Of a DNA stretch of 64,000 nt, positions 1 through 11,095 are shown piece after piece (within the stretch, counting starts at the first letter, position 1; the number at the start of each line of letters is the position of its first letter). Origin of the DNA: an uncultured Verrucomicrobiae bacterium (GTDB lineage: Bacteria; Verrucomicrobiota; Verrucomicrobiia; Chthoniobacterales; JAATET01); contig CAVRCI010000002.1 in assembly GCA_963719495.1 (NCBI GenBank), positions 576,001 to 640,000 on the forward strand. The letters run 5' to 3'. The notes beneath the pieces were generated by a model. The model did not search any database, was not told where the DNA came from, and was given only the letters and a program-made list of their open reading frames with translations. The translations under genes and the position numbers were made by a program.

Positions 1-310
1 GGTCGCCGGTGACGCGGTGGATGAGAACCGCGATGAAAATGGACGGTAGGAGCTTGATGGCGTTGGCGACGACGAGGATCGAGATGACGCCGAACGAGCG
101 CCAGAGGATGGGGTCGCCCGCGGCGCGGACGAAGTTTTCAAAACCGACGAACTGCTTGAAGTCACCGCCCTGCCAATCGAAGAAACTGTGGTAGATCGCG
201 CTGATTGCGGGGAAGTAGGCGAACAGGCCAACGACCACCAAGGCGGGGATGATGTAGAGGTAGAGCGGCCACTCGCGGAGTGCCTTCTTGCGGGAAATCG
301 GGAGTGCCAT
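1..310 (-). CDS. Carbohydrate ABC transporter permease, N-terminal part (runs off the window edge)
   Basis: Manual translation from ATG at 310: MALPISRKKALREWPLYLYIIPALVVVGLFAYFPAISAIYHSFFDWQGGDFKQFVGFENF, a typical MalF/UgpA-type N-terminus; lies directly downstream of a solute-binding protein gene. Confidence 0.85.
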   Translation of the reverse strand, partial: MALPISRKKALREWPLYLYIIPALVVVGLFAYFPAISAIYHSFFDWQGGDFKQFVGFENFVRAAGDPILWRSFGVISILVVANAIKLLPSIFIAVLIHRVTGD

Positions 311-343
311 GCTGGTGCGGAGGAAAGGGAGGGGGCGGTAGGG

Positions 344-1972
344 TTATTCGTTCGTGGAACCGTCGGATTCGCTCTCCCTCAGGTGACGACGCAATTCGTA
401 GAGCGTCGTTTCCTGCTCGTTCTGAGATTCCAGAAGTTCGGCCACGCGAGCGTCGTATCCGGCGGACTGGGCAGGAATGGATTCGCTGAGAACCCCGTAG
501 GCGGCGAGCGGGATGTCCTTGGATGCGATGTTGCGAGCGGTGCTTTTTTCCGTTCGTTCCAGGTCGATCGTGATGGCGCGCTCGGTTTCCCGACTCACCG
601 CGGCGACAAACTCCTCGGTCGACCCACGCTGACCGACGAGGCGGTAGAGATTATTTTCGATCACGCGATTGAAGTCGGGAAAGTTTCCTTCGGGCCACAG
701 TGAGATGCCGGCCGGGTAGCCGTCGGTGACGGGTGCGAAGTCGCGGACGGCTTCGGGGATCTCGACGCCTACGACGGTTGGGATCCACGTGCTGAGCTGC
801 GTGAACTTGCGGTTGGAAGCCTCCGACGTGAGGAAGCGGAGGAAATCGAGCGCGACGTCGGGATTTTTCGATTGATTGCAGATGCCGAAGGAAAGGCCCA
901 CGAGCGCATCGGCCTCGGTCGCGGTCCCGAGGATGTATTGTCCGCGCTCCGGATCGTCATCGGTCGGGATCGGCATGGGGAAGGCGCCAATTTCGAAGGG
1001 TGCCTGCTCCCGCATGCTTGTCGCGTCCCAGCTGCCGGACGAAATCATCAGCGCCCGCTGCTGGACGAAGTAGAAGAGCGCGTCGTCGCGACCGAGCGAG
1101 AGAAATCCGGGCTGCAGGTATTGACCGACGTCCTGCGCGAGATCGAGGCCGCTTTGGACGGCGGGATCCCGCCAGCTCCACTCGCCCGCAAGATAGCTGA
1201 GTCCGATCTGATCGGGGGAAGTGTTCAGGTCGGAGACTTTCGCCAGCGAGAGCCGGAGCCGTTGGGTCTGGCTTTCGAAAAGTGCCTCGATCATGGCTGG
1301 CGCGTTGTATTTCGACCCGGCGATGGGGAGGACGCGTTCGCCGGCGGGCGTCCGGTAGGTCTCGGCTCGGCGGCACAATTCGACGAACTCCGCGTAGTTC
1401 CGCGGGATGATGTCGTTGCCAGTGATGGCGCGCAGAAGGTCCCGGTTGTAGTAGACCCGGATCGTGAACATGGCGGACGGAACTCCGAAGACATCCAGCA
1501 ATCCGCTCGAATAGCTCGGGTAGCTGGCAAGGCCGTCCGTGAACGTGTCGCGCCACGGGACGTCGGCGAGGGCCGTCCCGGCATTGTAGGGATTTGGTTG
1601 CTCGACCGCGGCGGTGATGGGTTCGAAATAGCGGGCCAACACCTCGCTCGACGTCCCGGCTCCGAGCTGGATGATGTCCGGCGCCGTGCGGCCGACCAGT
1701 TGGGTCACCATCCAGTTCAGCCACGAACGCTGGGGGACCGCCATTTGGTCGATCTTCACGCCGGGGTGGCTCGCCTCGTATTCCCGAGCGAGAACGTCGA
1801 ACGCGTCGCGCACTCCGCCCTCGAGCTGCCAGTGCGCAAACCGGATGTGGGCGGTGACGCCGCCCTCGGACTCCAGATCGTTCCCGCGGATCGAGAGAAC
1901 GTGCCCGAGCGAGTAGAGGTAGAAGCCTCCCAGCAGAGCGAGGCCAACGCCATTCAGGATCTTGGAAAACAT
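344..1972 (-). CDS. Sugar ABC transporter extracellular solute-binding protein
   Basis: N-terminal hydrophobic anchor, IRFAHWQLE, APDIIQ, VYYNRDLL, SGSWD and ALDFLRFLTS motifs of family-1 SBPs; adjacent to permease. Confidence 0.85.
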   Translation of the reverse strand: MFSKILNGVGLALLGGFYLYSLGHVLSIRGNDLESEGGVTAHIRFAHWQLEGGVRDAFDVLAREYEASHPGVKIDQMAVPQRSWLNWMVTQLVGRTAPDIIQLGAGTSSEVLARYFEPITAAVEQPNPYNAGTALADVPWRDTFTDGLASYPSYSSGLLDVFGVPSAMFTIRVYYNRDLLRAITGNDIIPRNYAEFVELCRRAETYRTPAGERVLPIAGSKYNAPAMIEALFESQTQRLRLSLAKVSDLNTSPDQIGLSYLAGEWSWRDPAVQSGLDLAQDVGQYLQPGFLSLGRDDALFYFVQQRALMISSGSWDATSMREQAPFEIGAFPMPIPTDDDPERGQYILGTATEADALVGLSFGICNQSKNPDVALDFLRFLTSEASNRKFTQLSTWIPTVVGVEIPEAVRDFAPVTDGYPAGISLWPEGNFPDFNRVIENNLYRLVGQRGSTEEFVAAVSRETERAITIDLERTEKSTARNIASKDIPLAAYGVLSESIPAQSAGYDARVAELLESQNEQETTLYELRRHLRESESDGSTNE

Positions 1973-2817
1973 CAGATGGTCGGAACGGCGTTGAGTTCCT
2001 TCAGGCGATCTTTCACGAGTCGGACGCGGGTCTCGCGGGGAAATTCCTTGAGAAAACGCTGATAGGAATCGCGGGCGAGATCCAGGCGACCGACGGCGCG
2101 GGCCAGCTCGGCGGTGCGGACCAGCGTGGATGCTCGCGTCACGTCGCGGGTGATTCCGGAGCGTTGGGCTTCGAGAAGATTGTCCAACGCGCTCGATTTG
2201 TCGTTGAGACGAGTCTCGTCGATCCGCGAGAGAAGCAGGCTGAGATCGCGGCGGGCCGGGAGGTATCGCAGCCCGGCGACTTGATTCTGAAATTCAGCCG
2301 CCCGTTGCTTGACGATTGCATCGTCCGGCTCGGCGGCGAGTCGGATGATGGCGAGCTTCACCAGCGCCAGCTCCGCGAGCGGGTGGGCCGGATCGCGCTG
2401 GCGAACCGCCTCGTAGAGATCCGTCGCGGAGGCGAGGTCGGGTTCGAACGCGTGGATCTGCTCGATCCGCGCCCGGTAGTAGAGCGCCGGAATCGTGAAA
2501 CGATCCGGGGTCTCCTGTCGGGCCAGCGAGTCGAGAATCCCGGCGGCCCGCTCGACGTTGGACTCGGTCTTCGGATTGACGCCCAACAACGTGATGGCCT
2601 CGCCAAAACGGACCTCGCGGGAATCTTCCGCTTCTCTGGCGGCTAGTTCGATGAATCCGGCGTTTGCCTCCGCAACGAGAAGCGAGGCGGTCTCTTCCCA
2701 GTGCCGGATGGTTTGGTCTTCCACATCCTTGGCGAAAATGATCCCCCCGGTCAGAATCGTCGAGGCGGCGACGAGGGGGATAATCGAACTCGGGAGCGAG
2801 CGCTGAGGGAATCGCAT
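1972..2817 (-). CDS. Secreted TPR-like helical protein
   Basis: Signal-peptide-like N-terminus; helical repeats (ALYYRARIEQ, ARDSYQRFLKEFP); stop overlaps the SBP start codon. Confidence 0.6.
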   Translation of the reverse strand: MRFPQRSLPSSIIPLVAASTILTGGIIFAKDVEDQTIRHWEETASLLVAEANAGFIELAAREAEDSREVRFGEAITLLGVNPKTESNVERAAGILDSLARQETPDRFTIPALYYRARIEQIHAFEPDLASATDLYEAVRQRDPAHPLAELALVKLAIIRLAAEPDDAIVKQRAAEFQNQVAGLRYLPARRDLSLLLSRIDETRLNDKSSALDNLLEAQRSGITRDVTRASTLVRTAELARAVGRLDLARDSYQRFLKEFPRETRVRLVKDRLKELNAVPTI

Positions 2818-2955
2818 CAACTGCTATTAGTGTAACTTTTTGATTGAAACAACAGCGTTCTCGGAATTCTTGGGGGAGGCACCCATCCGGCACTCCCGAT
2901 TACAAATGCGAGTCCCGGCTCCCGCTGGCGGTGCTGTTCCCAATCCCTTCCCACC

Positions 2956-5900
2956 ATGCTTCCCAAGAATCCCTTGCTCCAGCTCGTCTTGCCGCGCGCT
3001 CAATCGGCGCTGCACCGCATCCGCGAACAAATCTGGACCGAGCGGTCGCGTCCGACGGTGCGATTCGGCGGGGCCTTCGCCGAACCGATCTCCGAGCGCG
3101 CCGCGGAGGGTCTGGAGTATCGGGAGATCGCGATTCCGTTCGCTTGGGGGAAGGTTTTCGATCAAGCGTGGTTCGAGATCGAGTGGACGGGTGGCGAGAC
3201 GGCGCAGTTTCTCCGGTGGCACGAGCAAGGTGAGGCCACGCTGTATCTCGACGGCGTGCCGTATTACGGGTTCGACGTCGCGCACCGCTACTGTCCGCTG
3301 CCGACCGGTGGGGGGCGGGGGAGGGTCGAATCACTGTGCCTCCAGAGTGCGATCTGGCATCCCGAAGCGAAGGGATTGAGCCTCGAAGGAAGTCGGATCG
3401 AGGCGGTGACGATCTGCGAACGAAATGAAGCGGCGTGGGCGGCCAGTCACGATCTGGCGGTCTTGTTCGACCTCGCTCTGGAAGAGCATCGCAAGTGTCG
3501 CCCGCTCGAGCATCTCAAGCTGAAGGGAGTCGGCTATCAACCGCCGGTCGAGAACGTGCCGGTGTTGTATCGCCGCCTGCTCCGGGCGCTGGACGACGCG
3601 GTGAACGCCTTGGATCGCGACGGCATCGAGGCCATGCGCGACTCGCTCGCCCAGACCTACGCGGCTTTGGAAGGACGGCACGAAATGGTGCGCGGGGTGC
3701 TCACCGGGCACGCGCACATCGACCTGGTCTGGCTTTGGCCCGAGCGGGTGGGGGAATACAAGGCGGTGCACACCTTTGCGACCGTCAATCGAACGATGGA
3801 GCACTATCCGGAATTCCGTTTCGCCTACAGCCAGCCGGCTTCCTACGCGGCGGTCCGCGAGAGGTCGCCGGCCATGTGGGACATCGTGCAACGGCGCGTG
3901 CGCAGCGGGTCTTGGGAACCGCAGGGAGCTTTGGAGGTCGAGTCCGACACACTCCTGGCCTGCGGCGAGGCGCTTTTGCGCAGCTTCGTGGTGGGACAGC
4001 GGCGCTTCGAGGAGATGTTTGGTCAACCTTCGACGGTGCTTTGGCTGCCGGACGTCTTCGGTTACTCGGGTTGCCTCCCGCAGATGGCGGTCGAGAACGG
4101 GGCAACTCACTTCTTCACGACGAAGCTGACCTGGTCGAACGTGAATCAGTTTCCCTATAGCTCGTTCCGTTGGACCGGGATCGACGGGTCGACGTTGTTG
4201 ACCCACGTCACGCAGGAGAATGGCTACGTGCAAGCCGCCCACGTCAGCGAAATCTCGCGCGGTGCGTCGGCCCACCGGCAGTCGGATCTGCACGACGAAT
4301 TTCTGGCGCCCACCGGCTACGGCGATGGCGGGGGCGGACCGACCGAGGAGATGTGCGAGCGCGTGCGTCGCATGAGGTCGTTGGCCGGGCTCCCCGAAGT
4401 CGGGTGGGGACGCCTCGACGAATTTTTCGGCCGAATGGAATCGATCGCGGACAACCTGCCGGAGTACCGCGGCGAACTTTACCTCGAATATCATCGCGGC
4501 ACCGCGACCACGCACTCCGATCTGAAGCTGCGCTTCCGGGAACTCGAGCGGGCGCTGCAAACGTGGGAAGCGGCTCGGGTCGCCTCGGGTGGACCGCCGA
4601 TCGATGAGCGCTATTGGCAGCGCCTGATCATGGCGCAATTCCACGACTACATCCCCGGAAGCTCCATCGCCGAAGTTTACGAAGAGGGCTTGCCGGAATT
4701 GAAGAAGCTGGCGAGCGAGGCTCTGGCCGAGGCGGAAAAAGACCTCGGCGGTTCGGGGAGTCACGTTTTCAATCCGCTGCCATTTGCCCGGACCGTTCTG
4801 GTCGACTCGAACGAAGGCGAAGACCGCATTGCGCTTGAGCTACCGGCTTTGGGAACGGCTTCGATGCAAGACGCTCAGACGCCATCGGTTCCAGTGTCCA
4901 TCTCGGATCGGCGATTTTCGAGCGGCCGCGTGTCTGTCGCGGTGGGAAGCGACGGAACTTTGCGGAATTTGGAATTCGATGGGCACGCGATGATGCACGA
5001 CGTCGGTCTGGGTCAGCTCTGGATCTATCCGGATTATCCGCACAATTTCGACGCTTGGGACATCGACCGCCAGACGCTGTCGCTCGGTTCGCCGGTTGAA
5101 ACTCCGGTCGAGTGGCTCGATGGGCGGTCAACTCCGAACGAAGCGAGCATCCGGTTCCGTCGGCGGATCGGGGCCGCCAGCACCGTGACGGCCACGGTCA
5201 GCGTCAACGCGTTCGATCCTGTGGTGTTCGTGGACTTGGACCTCGATTGGCGGGAGGAGAACGCTCTGCTCAAAGTGCTCTTTCCGACGAACTACCTCGG
5301 ACGAATGGCGCGATTCGGGGCGCCTTACGGATCGGTGTTGCGCTCGCAACACGCCGGGCAGCCGCGGGACGAAGCCATGTTCGAATCCTGCGCCAGCCGC
5401 TGGGTCAGCGTGATGCACGACGACGAATCGGACGGCTTGGCGGTGATCAGCGAGGCGAAATACGGTTGGAGTTGCCGCGATGGCGCGCTCGGCCTTTCGC
5501 TCATCCGCAGCGTGGCCGTCACGGGGGAGGACGCGCAACATCGCCGACTGATTCCCCCCGGTCTCCGCCGCGGCGAGGAGCACGCCAAGATCAGCGACCT
5601 CGGGCACCACCGAATTCGGTTCGCCTTAGCGCGGCATCATTCGGGCCTCTCACGGGCGGAGAATCCCGCCACTCTGAGCGACGCGATCTTCACCCCACCG
5701 ATCCGCGTTGCCCGCGAGGCTCGGACCGCGTGGTTGCCGGGATTCAGGGGCATGGATTCCGTCGTCATCGCCTGGGTTTCACCGTGCGATGCAGGCCGAT
5801 TTTCGGTGCGGCTCCACGAGACAATGGGCCGCGCCGGCACGATGGAAATTCTCGCTGCCCCGGGGACCATCGTGGACGTTGTCACGATCGGCGGTGAAAT

Positions 5901-5979
5901 CCTCTCAGCCAATGCCCGCAGCGTCGCCATCCGCGGTGGGCAAATCCTGAGCCTCGACGTCAGACGGGGTGACCAATGA
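2956..5979 (+). CDS. Alpha-mannosidase, glycoside hydrolase family 38
   Basis: GHAHIDLVWLWP, WLPDVFG, ELYLEYHRG and QFHDYIPGSSI motifs; 1007 aa. Confidence 0.92.
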   Translation: MLPKNPLLQLVLPRAQSALHRIREQIWTERSRPTVRFGGAFAEPISERAAEGLEYREIAIPFAWGKVFDQAWFEIEWTGGETAQFLRWHEQGEATLYLDGVPYYGFDVAHRYCPLPTGGGRGRVESLCLQSAIWHPEAKGLSLEGSRIEAVTICERNEAAWAASHDLAVLFDLALEEHRKCRPLEHLKLKGVGYQPPVENVPVLYRRLLRALDDAVNALDRDGIEAMRDSLAQTYAALEGRHEMVRGVLTGHAHIDLVWLWPERVGEYKAVHTFATVNRTMEHYPEFRFAYSQPASYAAVRERSPAMWDIVQRRVRSGSWEPQGALEVESDTLLACGEALLRSFVVGQRRFEEMFGQPSTVLWLPDVFGYSGCLPQMAVENGATHFFTTKLTWSNVNQFPYSSFRWTGIDGSTLLTHVTQENGYVQAAHVSEISRGASAHRQSDLHDEFLAPTGYGDGGGGPTEEMCERVRRMRSLAGLPEVGWGRLDEFFGRMESIADNLPEYRGELYLEYHRGTATTHSDLKLRFRELERALQTWEAARVASGGPPIDERYWQRLIMAQFHDYIPGSSIAEVYEEGLPELKKLASEALAEAEKDLGGSGSHVFNPLPFARTVLVDSNEGEDRIALELPALGTASMQDAQTPSVPVSISDRRFSSGRVSVAVGSDGTLRNLEFDGHAMMHDVGLGQLWIYPDYPHNFDAWDIDRQTLSLGSPVETPVEWLDGRSTPNEASIRFRRRIGAASTVTATVSVNAFDPVVFVDLDLDWREENALLKVLFPTNYLGRMARFGAPYGSVLRSQHAGQPRDEAMFESCASRWVSVMHDDESDGLAVISEAKYGWSCRDGALGLSLIRSVAVTGEDAQHRRLIPPGLRRGEEHAKISDLGHHRIRFALARHHSGLSRAENPATLSDAIFTPPIRVAREARTAWLPGFRGMDSVVIAWVSPCDAGRFSVRLHETMGRAGTMEILAAPGTIVDVVTIGGEILSANARSVAIRGGQILSLDVRRGDQ

Positions 5980-8142
5980 GGGGAAGGGATGAACTCACTT
6001 CTACCCGGATCTCCCGCCGACCATCGCCCCCCTCCAAGATACCCTGCTCGCCACCGGCTGGAAAGCTCCCGAACTCGTTCCCAGAACGGAGCAAAGCTCC
6101 CAAGAGGCTTCGCCCACTTCCCATCTCCCCCGACTACCACCGAAATCGGCTTCGACCCGGTCGCTCCATCGGACGCGTCATTCAGGAGACCATGGGACGA
6201 ACCCGAGTTGCCTTGTTTTCCGGTTTCTCGGGGAGCCTCCCGCCTTCGACTTGACGCCGCTTTCTTTGCCGAAATCTGCGACGAGTGGGTCAACGGAAAG
6301 ATCCACTTCAACAGAAAGTCGTCATACCCGCCTCCAATCTCGGTCGCAACATCTACATTGGAAAAAATTGCGCGGTGGGGCGGGGAGGTCGGGTATTTCG
6401 GGAGCTACGAGCCAAGGCGGCAAACGGATGGCGAACGGATGGCGAACGACCGCGCCCGGTGAGTGTCACTGCTCGTAGATTCGAATGTCTCGGAACGTAA
6501 CGTTCCCGTTCCCATCGAGGTCGTCGTCGCAGACGAATCCCAGATAGTTCGTGGTGCCCGTGAAGAATTGCCCGACCGGGATGATGTAGGTTTTGGCACC
6601 GGGTGAAACGTATTTCGGGCTCACGCTGAACATGTCCGAAGGGGAGCTTTGACTGCCACCGAGATGAAAGACCCGCGTGGAGTTGGTGTGGTCGTTGTCT
6701 TCGTCCAACGAGATGCCGATGATCTCGCCCGCGTTTCTCCCCTGGACTTCGAACTCCAGAACGGTCGTTGCTTTGACATCGTACGGCAGGCTGATCTTTT
6801 TCCAGGCATTGCCCGAGAGGTTGACTCCCTGGCCGGACTCCACGACCTGTCCCGTGGTGGCGAAACCACCACTACCATCCTGTCCGACGCTGTAGCTGGA
6901 GAGGGCAAGACCCGAGAAGTCGAAATACCCGCCGCCAGCGAGGTTGGCAATCTCCAGGGGTGTCAGAACACGATCGAAAATCTGAAGGTCATCGATGCCG
7001 CCGCCGAGCGGGTAGACCCCATTTGGCATCCGACCGACGTTGAGCGGATTGTCGGTCGCGAAGTCCGTGCGAATTTCACCGTCGCTGGTGACGTTGCCAC
7101 CATTGAGATAAAACATAGCGGTCCCCGCAGCGCGATCGACCGAGACGGCGACGTGATTCCATTGGCCCGGGGTGACGACTCCGCCGACGGAACTCCCGCT
7201 GTTGCTGCCACCGCTCCCGTTTTTCGTCTCCAGGATCATCGCGCCATCGGTGGTGTCGTAGGTGTTGACGTAAAATTTGAATTCGTTGGAACTTCCGCCC
7301 GCGGCGTTCGCGAGGATTGTCTGAATGTTTGACCTCCCGGTATCCAGTTTGACGAAGCCCGCGACGGTGAATTTGGAACCGAGATCGAAGCCAGCCACCG
7401 CGGCGTATTGGCTCGCGCTGCCGCTGAGCCGTAGCGCGTGCGTTCCCGTGGGGGCTTCCGGGTCGTAGGAGGCACCGCCAAAAACGGTCGCGGTGTGACC
7501 ATTGCCCGAGGCATCCACGCCACTGTTGTCGAATGGCCAACCAGCGAGGAGGGCGGCCGCTCCGCTCGAGAATCCGCTCTCGGCCGGTCCGTTGCTGGTG
7601 GGGACGTAGTTGGCATCCTTGGTGAGCAGAACCTTGTCGACGGAGAGCCCGTTCTCACGCATCCAGAAGGCGACCGTGTGAAAGCCGGTGCCGGGCACCG
7701 CGAGCACGAGCCGGGTGTTCGTTACCGATCGATTTCTCCACGAATACGCCGTTCCATTAAAGCCACCGAGGCGGGAGTCACCGGAGGCAAGGCTGCCACC
7801 AAGGCCGGGGTGCAATGAGTCCGATGTCCCCGGATTCACCGCCGTCGCTTTATAGCGAACCCAGACGTGATAGGTGCCCGCCGAGTTGAAATTCACATCG
7901 AATTGCATTTCCGGGCTCGAAGTCGGAACGCTCGTGTCGATGACGATATCCATTGCGTCGGGAGGTGCGCAGAGTCCCTTACCACCCGACATCGCGGAGT
8001 CCGTAGCAGATTGCCAGGATAAGCCGCTGCGGGAGATTAGGTTCGTCGCGTTTTCCGCCTCGAGGCTGAAAAAATTTGCCGTCCCTTGTTGGAAGGCACC
8101 GCCGGTGCCAGCCTTCCGTATCTTTATAAAGAGAACGGACCC

Positions 8143-9751
8143 GAATGGCGTTAAGATAAGGCGGATTTGGGAGATTTCCGTTTGGGCCGATTCCTATGTG
8201 GGAGATTGCCCATTTCGGAACGGGGTTTGGTAAGGAGCTGGAAGTTTTTTGGTCGTCGTTTCTTGGCGCGGGGTTCGGATCGCCCGGGGCGCTCGGGGAT
8301 GAGCGAAGCGGCGATCAGAGTGAGCATTTCCTCGATGAGCGCCTGCTGTCTGCGAGGCGTTTTTGCGGCGGCGTGGATGACATCGGCAAAGTGACGGGAG
8401 GTGTCCAGAGTGGCTTTGAAGCTGACCCGATCCAGCGGCGCTTTGTGGTGATGGGCGGCGCGTTGCATGAGCACGCGCACGAGGTTGTAGGCGATGAGGT
8501 GGACAAGGAGTTCTTTCTCAATCATCTCCGGCGTCTTGCAGCGCAAAATGTCCAAAGCCATGAGCGTCTTGATCTGATGAAAATGCAACTCGACGTTCCA
8601 GCGCTCGCCGTAGAGCGCGCGAATGTCGTCGGCGGGGTAGAGTTCGGTGTCGAGCAAGGTCGTCACGACGACGACGCTGCGGGTTCGGAAGCCAGCCGTG
8701 GCGACCGTTAGGCGGATCATCCGCAAGTCCAGCGTGTCGGGCAACGCGGCAAACTCCTCGTCGCTGAAGCCCGCGGGCGCCTTCGCTGGCTTAGTCCACT
8801 GAACGAGCCGATCGTCGGGACCGAGTCGGCGACCTTCCCGGAAGTCGATCTTGCGGGCTTGGTGGAGGCGAAAGACGCCGTCAATGCCGCGTCCAGCCAG
8901 CGTGGCCAGAGTCGTGTAGGAGCAAAAACCGCGATCCCCGAGCAGGACGTCGCCCCGACTCAAACGCGGCCACATCTGGCGAAAGAGCTGACTCTCGTGC
9001 ACGTGTTCGTTGCTAGTGGCGTGGTCGATGAGCGCTCCGCTGCTCAAAGAGAACAAGCCGGTCAGCTTCATGAGCGGAAAACCACATCCCGGCTTCTGCG
9101 AACTGGGTTGCGGCCAGAGGGCTTGGTTCTCCGGCGTATCGGGCATCGAGACGCTCGTCCCGTCGATGATCTTGACGGTGCGTTTACCCAGCCACTTTTC
9201 CGCACTCAACGTGTTGCGATCCAAGCTCCAGGCAATCTGCCGGGCGATGACCTCGAGCACCTCCTTGTCAAAACGGGATCGAGCTTGCGAGTAGGCGCTC
9301 GCGCTCAACGACTGGCCTGCGTGGATCTGCGCCCAGCGCCACCAAGCGGCCACTTTGCTGACAACTTCCCGACACCCCATCCCGGGGCTGAGAACCTGAG
9401 CCACGAAAGCCCAGAACGTCACCCGAGCGGGCAGGCTGCGATCCCGACTCCCAACTCCACTATCCGTGCACGCCAGCGTGGCTGCGGGAATCAAATCACC
9501 AAACAGACTGTAGAGATCCTCCAGACCCTTGATCCGACCAATCTGATCCGCCGCCCGCCTCGGCGCACGACCGAAAAGCAGGGGGCCAAACGCTTGAAAA
9601 AAAGGGGTTTTGTTCGTCATGACCTATCATAACGATAACAATCTCTCCATCAAAGTTTTAAGCTGGATAACGTCGGGGAATCTGCGGCTTTCCATGAGCA
9701 ACCGGTTAGCTGCCTACTTCATCCTAAATCCGCCCTATCTTAACGCCATTC
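8143..9751 (-). mobile_element. IS4-family insertion sequence (1609 bp)
   Basis: ~30 bp terminal inverted repeats GAATGGCGTTAAGATA(A/G)GGCGGATTT(G/A)GGA; 11 bp target-site duplication AGAACGGACCC at 8132-8142 and 9752-9762. Confidence 0.95.
8151..9620 (-). CDS. IS4-family DDE transposase
   Basis: IIDGTS, LGDRGF and YGERWNVELHFHQIK (YREK signature); stop codon lies inside the inverted repeat. Confidence 0.95.
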   Translation of the reverse strand: MTNKTPFFQAFGPLLFGRAPRRAADQIGRIKGLEDLYSLFGDLIPAATLACTDSGVGSRDRSLPARVTFWAFVAQVLSPGMGCREVVSKVAAWWRWAQIHAGQSLSASAYSQARSRFDKEVLEVIARQIAWSLDRNTLSAEKWLGKRTVKIIDGTSVSMPDTPENQALWPQPSSQKPGCGFPLMKLTGLFSLSSGALIDHATSNEHVHESQLFRQMWPRLSRGDVLLGDRGFCSYTTLATLAGRGIDGVFRLHQARKIDFREGRRLGPDDRLVQWTKPAKAPAGFSDEEFAALPDTLDLRMIRLTVATAGFRTRSVVVVTTLLDTELYPADDIRALYGERWNVELHFHQIKTLMALDILRCKTPEMIEKELLVHLIAYNLVRVLMQRAAHHHKAPLDRVSFKATLDTSRHFADVIHAAAKTPRRQQALIEEMLTLIAASLIPERPGRSEPRAKKRRPKNFQLLTKPRSEMGNLPHRNRPKRKSPKSALS

Positions 9752-11095
9752 AGAACGGACCCCGGTATCGTGATCGGGACCGAGGTGATACCTTGCGCGA
9801 GGGCAGTGTCTACAAGGTCGCCGTTTGCATTGTAACGATACTCCGTGACGTTTTGGGGCTGGGTGAAAGTCATTGTTTCCGTCCGCGACGGGTTCAGGTC
9901 GGTCTTCGTCGCTTGATCCCAGTTGTCCGCGTCGAGCCAGACGAGAAGGTAGAAGTCGCCGTTGCTTTTTTGCGACAGGAGCTGCTCGATTTTGCGACCA
10001 TCGCCAATCTGGGTGGCGGGAAGCGAATAATCCAGAGCGCCCGGATTGAAGTTTGGAGCCGACCAGGACTTGCTCGAGGTGTTCCAAACGGCCTCGCTGA
10101 GAAGAGAGATCATGTTTTTCACTGCGACGAAGGCCGGTTTGCGGGACCCGTCGAAGCGGAGGATGCCCCAGTTCCCATTCTCGTCGCTGGGCGTGGCGGA
10201 TTCGTCCATCAGCTGGTGCAGGTAGACCTTCGTGCTCGTTGCGAAGCCGGTGGCAAAGAGCTGCGTCGTCCACTTCATCTGGGCAAGCTCCGAGCAGCCA
10301 ATGCCGCCGGTCATCGTGTTGTAGCCGCATTCTGTGAGGTAAGTCGAAATCGGGCCCCCGTTCGTCGCCGGCCCGTACTTCGAGGTGGTGAAATATTTTC
10401 CCATGGACCCCAGAGCCCGAGCATCTTCATGCCGAAATCGTCGGAGAGGCTCTGGTAGCGGGATGCGTAAGTCGCATCGTCCACAAATTGGAGTCCATCG
10501 CGGTAATGGCGGATACGCAGCTCGCCCAGCCGGGATTTCACCGTCGCCCACGTGTTTTTGTAGACGCTTCGGTTGAGCTTGATGTTGATGCCCATCGACT
10601 CGACAAGATCATCGGAGCGTTTAGCCGTGGTGGGTGCTGAGAGGAGCACTCCGGTCAAGATCGCGAAGAGGGCGATTCCGATCCACGGTTTTTTCAATCG
10701 ATAGCGAGTGGGAATCGAGGGGCTGAAATCAATCTTGGGGGTGGATTCAAGGGCATATGGTTTCATATTCATTGGGGGGATGGGTTGGTTGGGATGGGCT
10801 GCGGTGCGCGGCCCGTTGCCAGAGTCGGGGGAGGTGGCGCCTCGGAGCGGGGCCGGACGAGATCAAAATTCTGAATGGCGGCTCATCAATCAACGGCCGG
10901 ACTTGGGTTCCGAGGGAGGTCTGGCTGCGGGCGAAGCGCGAGCGAAAGTCCCGGGCATTGAGGTTGACCAAGGCCCGATCTGCGAGGCTGCCCCCTCGAC
11001 CCCGGAGTGGCGGTGCGGAGCAGTTGGTACTCGAAAACCTCACGCTGGGATTGCCTGATCTCGGCGAAGCAGCGGGTCGAGACCCGTCGATGAAT

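Larger units (their letters stand above)
6466..10772 (-). pseudogene. Secreted clan GH-A hydrolase with CBM-like, LamG and C-terminal beta-sandwich domains; disrupted by an IS4 insertion and an internal deletion/frameshift
   Basis: Removing 8143-9751 plus one copy of the target duplication joins ...VPITIPGSVL|FIKIRKAGTGG...DSAMSGGKGLC in frame with ORF 6466-7992. ORFs 10311-10772 and 9724-10551 are in different frames and resemble the N- and C-halves of the paralogue at 51286. LamG motifs QWNHVAV and GGIDDLQIFDRVL are present. Confidence 0.85.

Noticed and set aside
872..2062. Long antisense ORFs (also 3331-4764, 15496-16935, 28966-31314, 32812-34167, 59265-60827)
   Set aside because: Shadow frames of well-supported genes on the opposite strand, expected at high GC; no recognisable motifs
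5980..6465. Intergenic ORFs and a short tandem repeat (AACGGATGGCG, ~6423-6448)
   Set aside because: No recognisable protein or RNA family; repeat has only ~2.5 units and no spacers, so it is not CRISPR
10780..11090. Possible gene remnant between the PEP-CTERM and GH pseudogenes
   Set aside because: No frame gave a motif I could support
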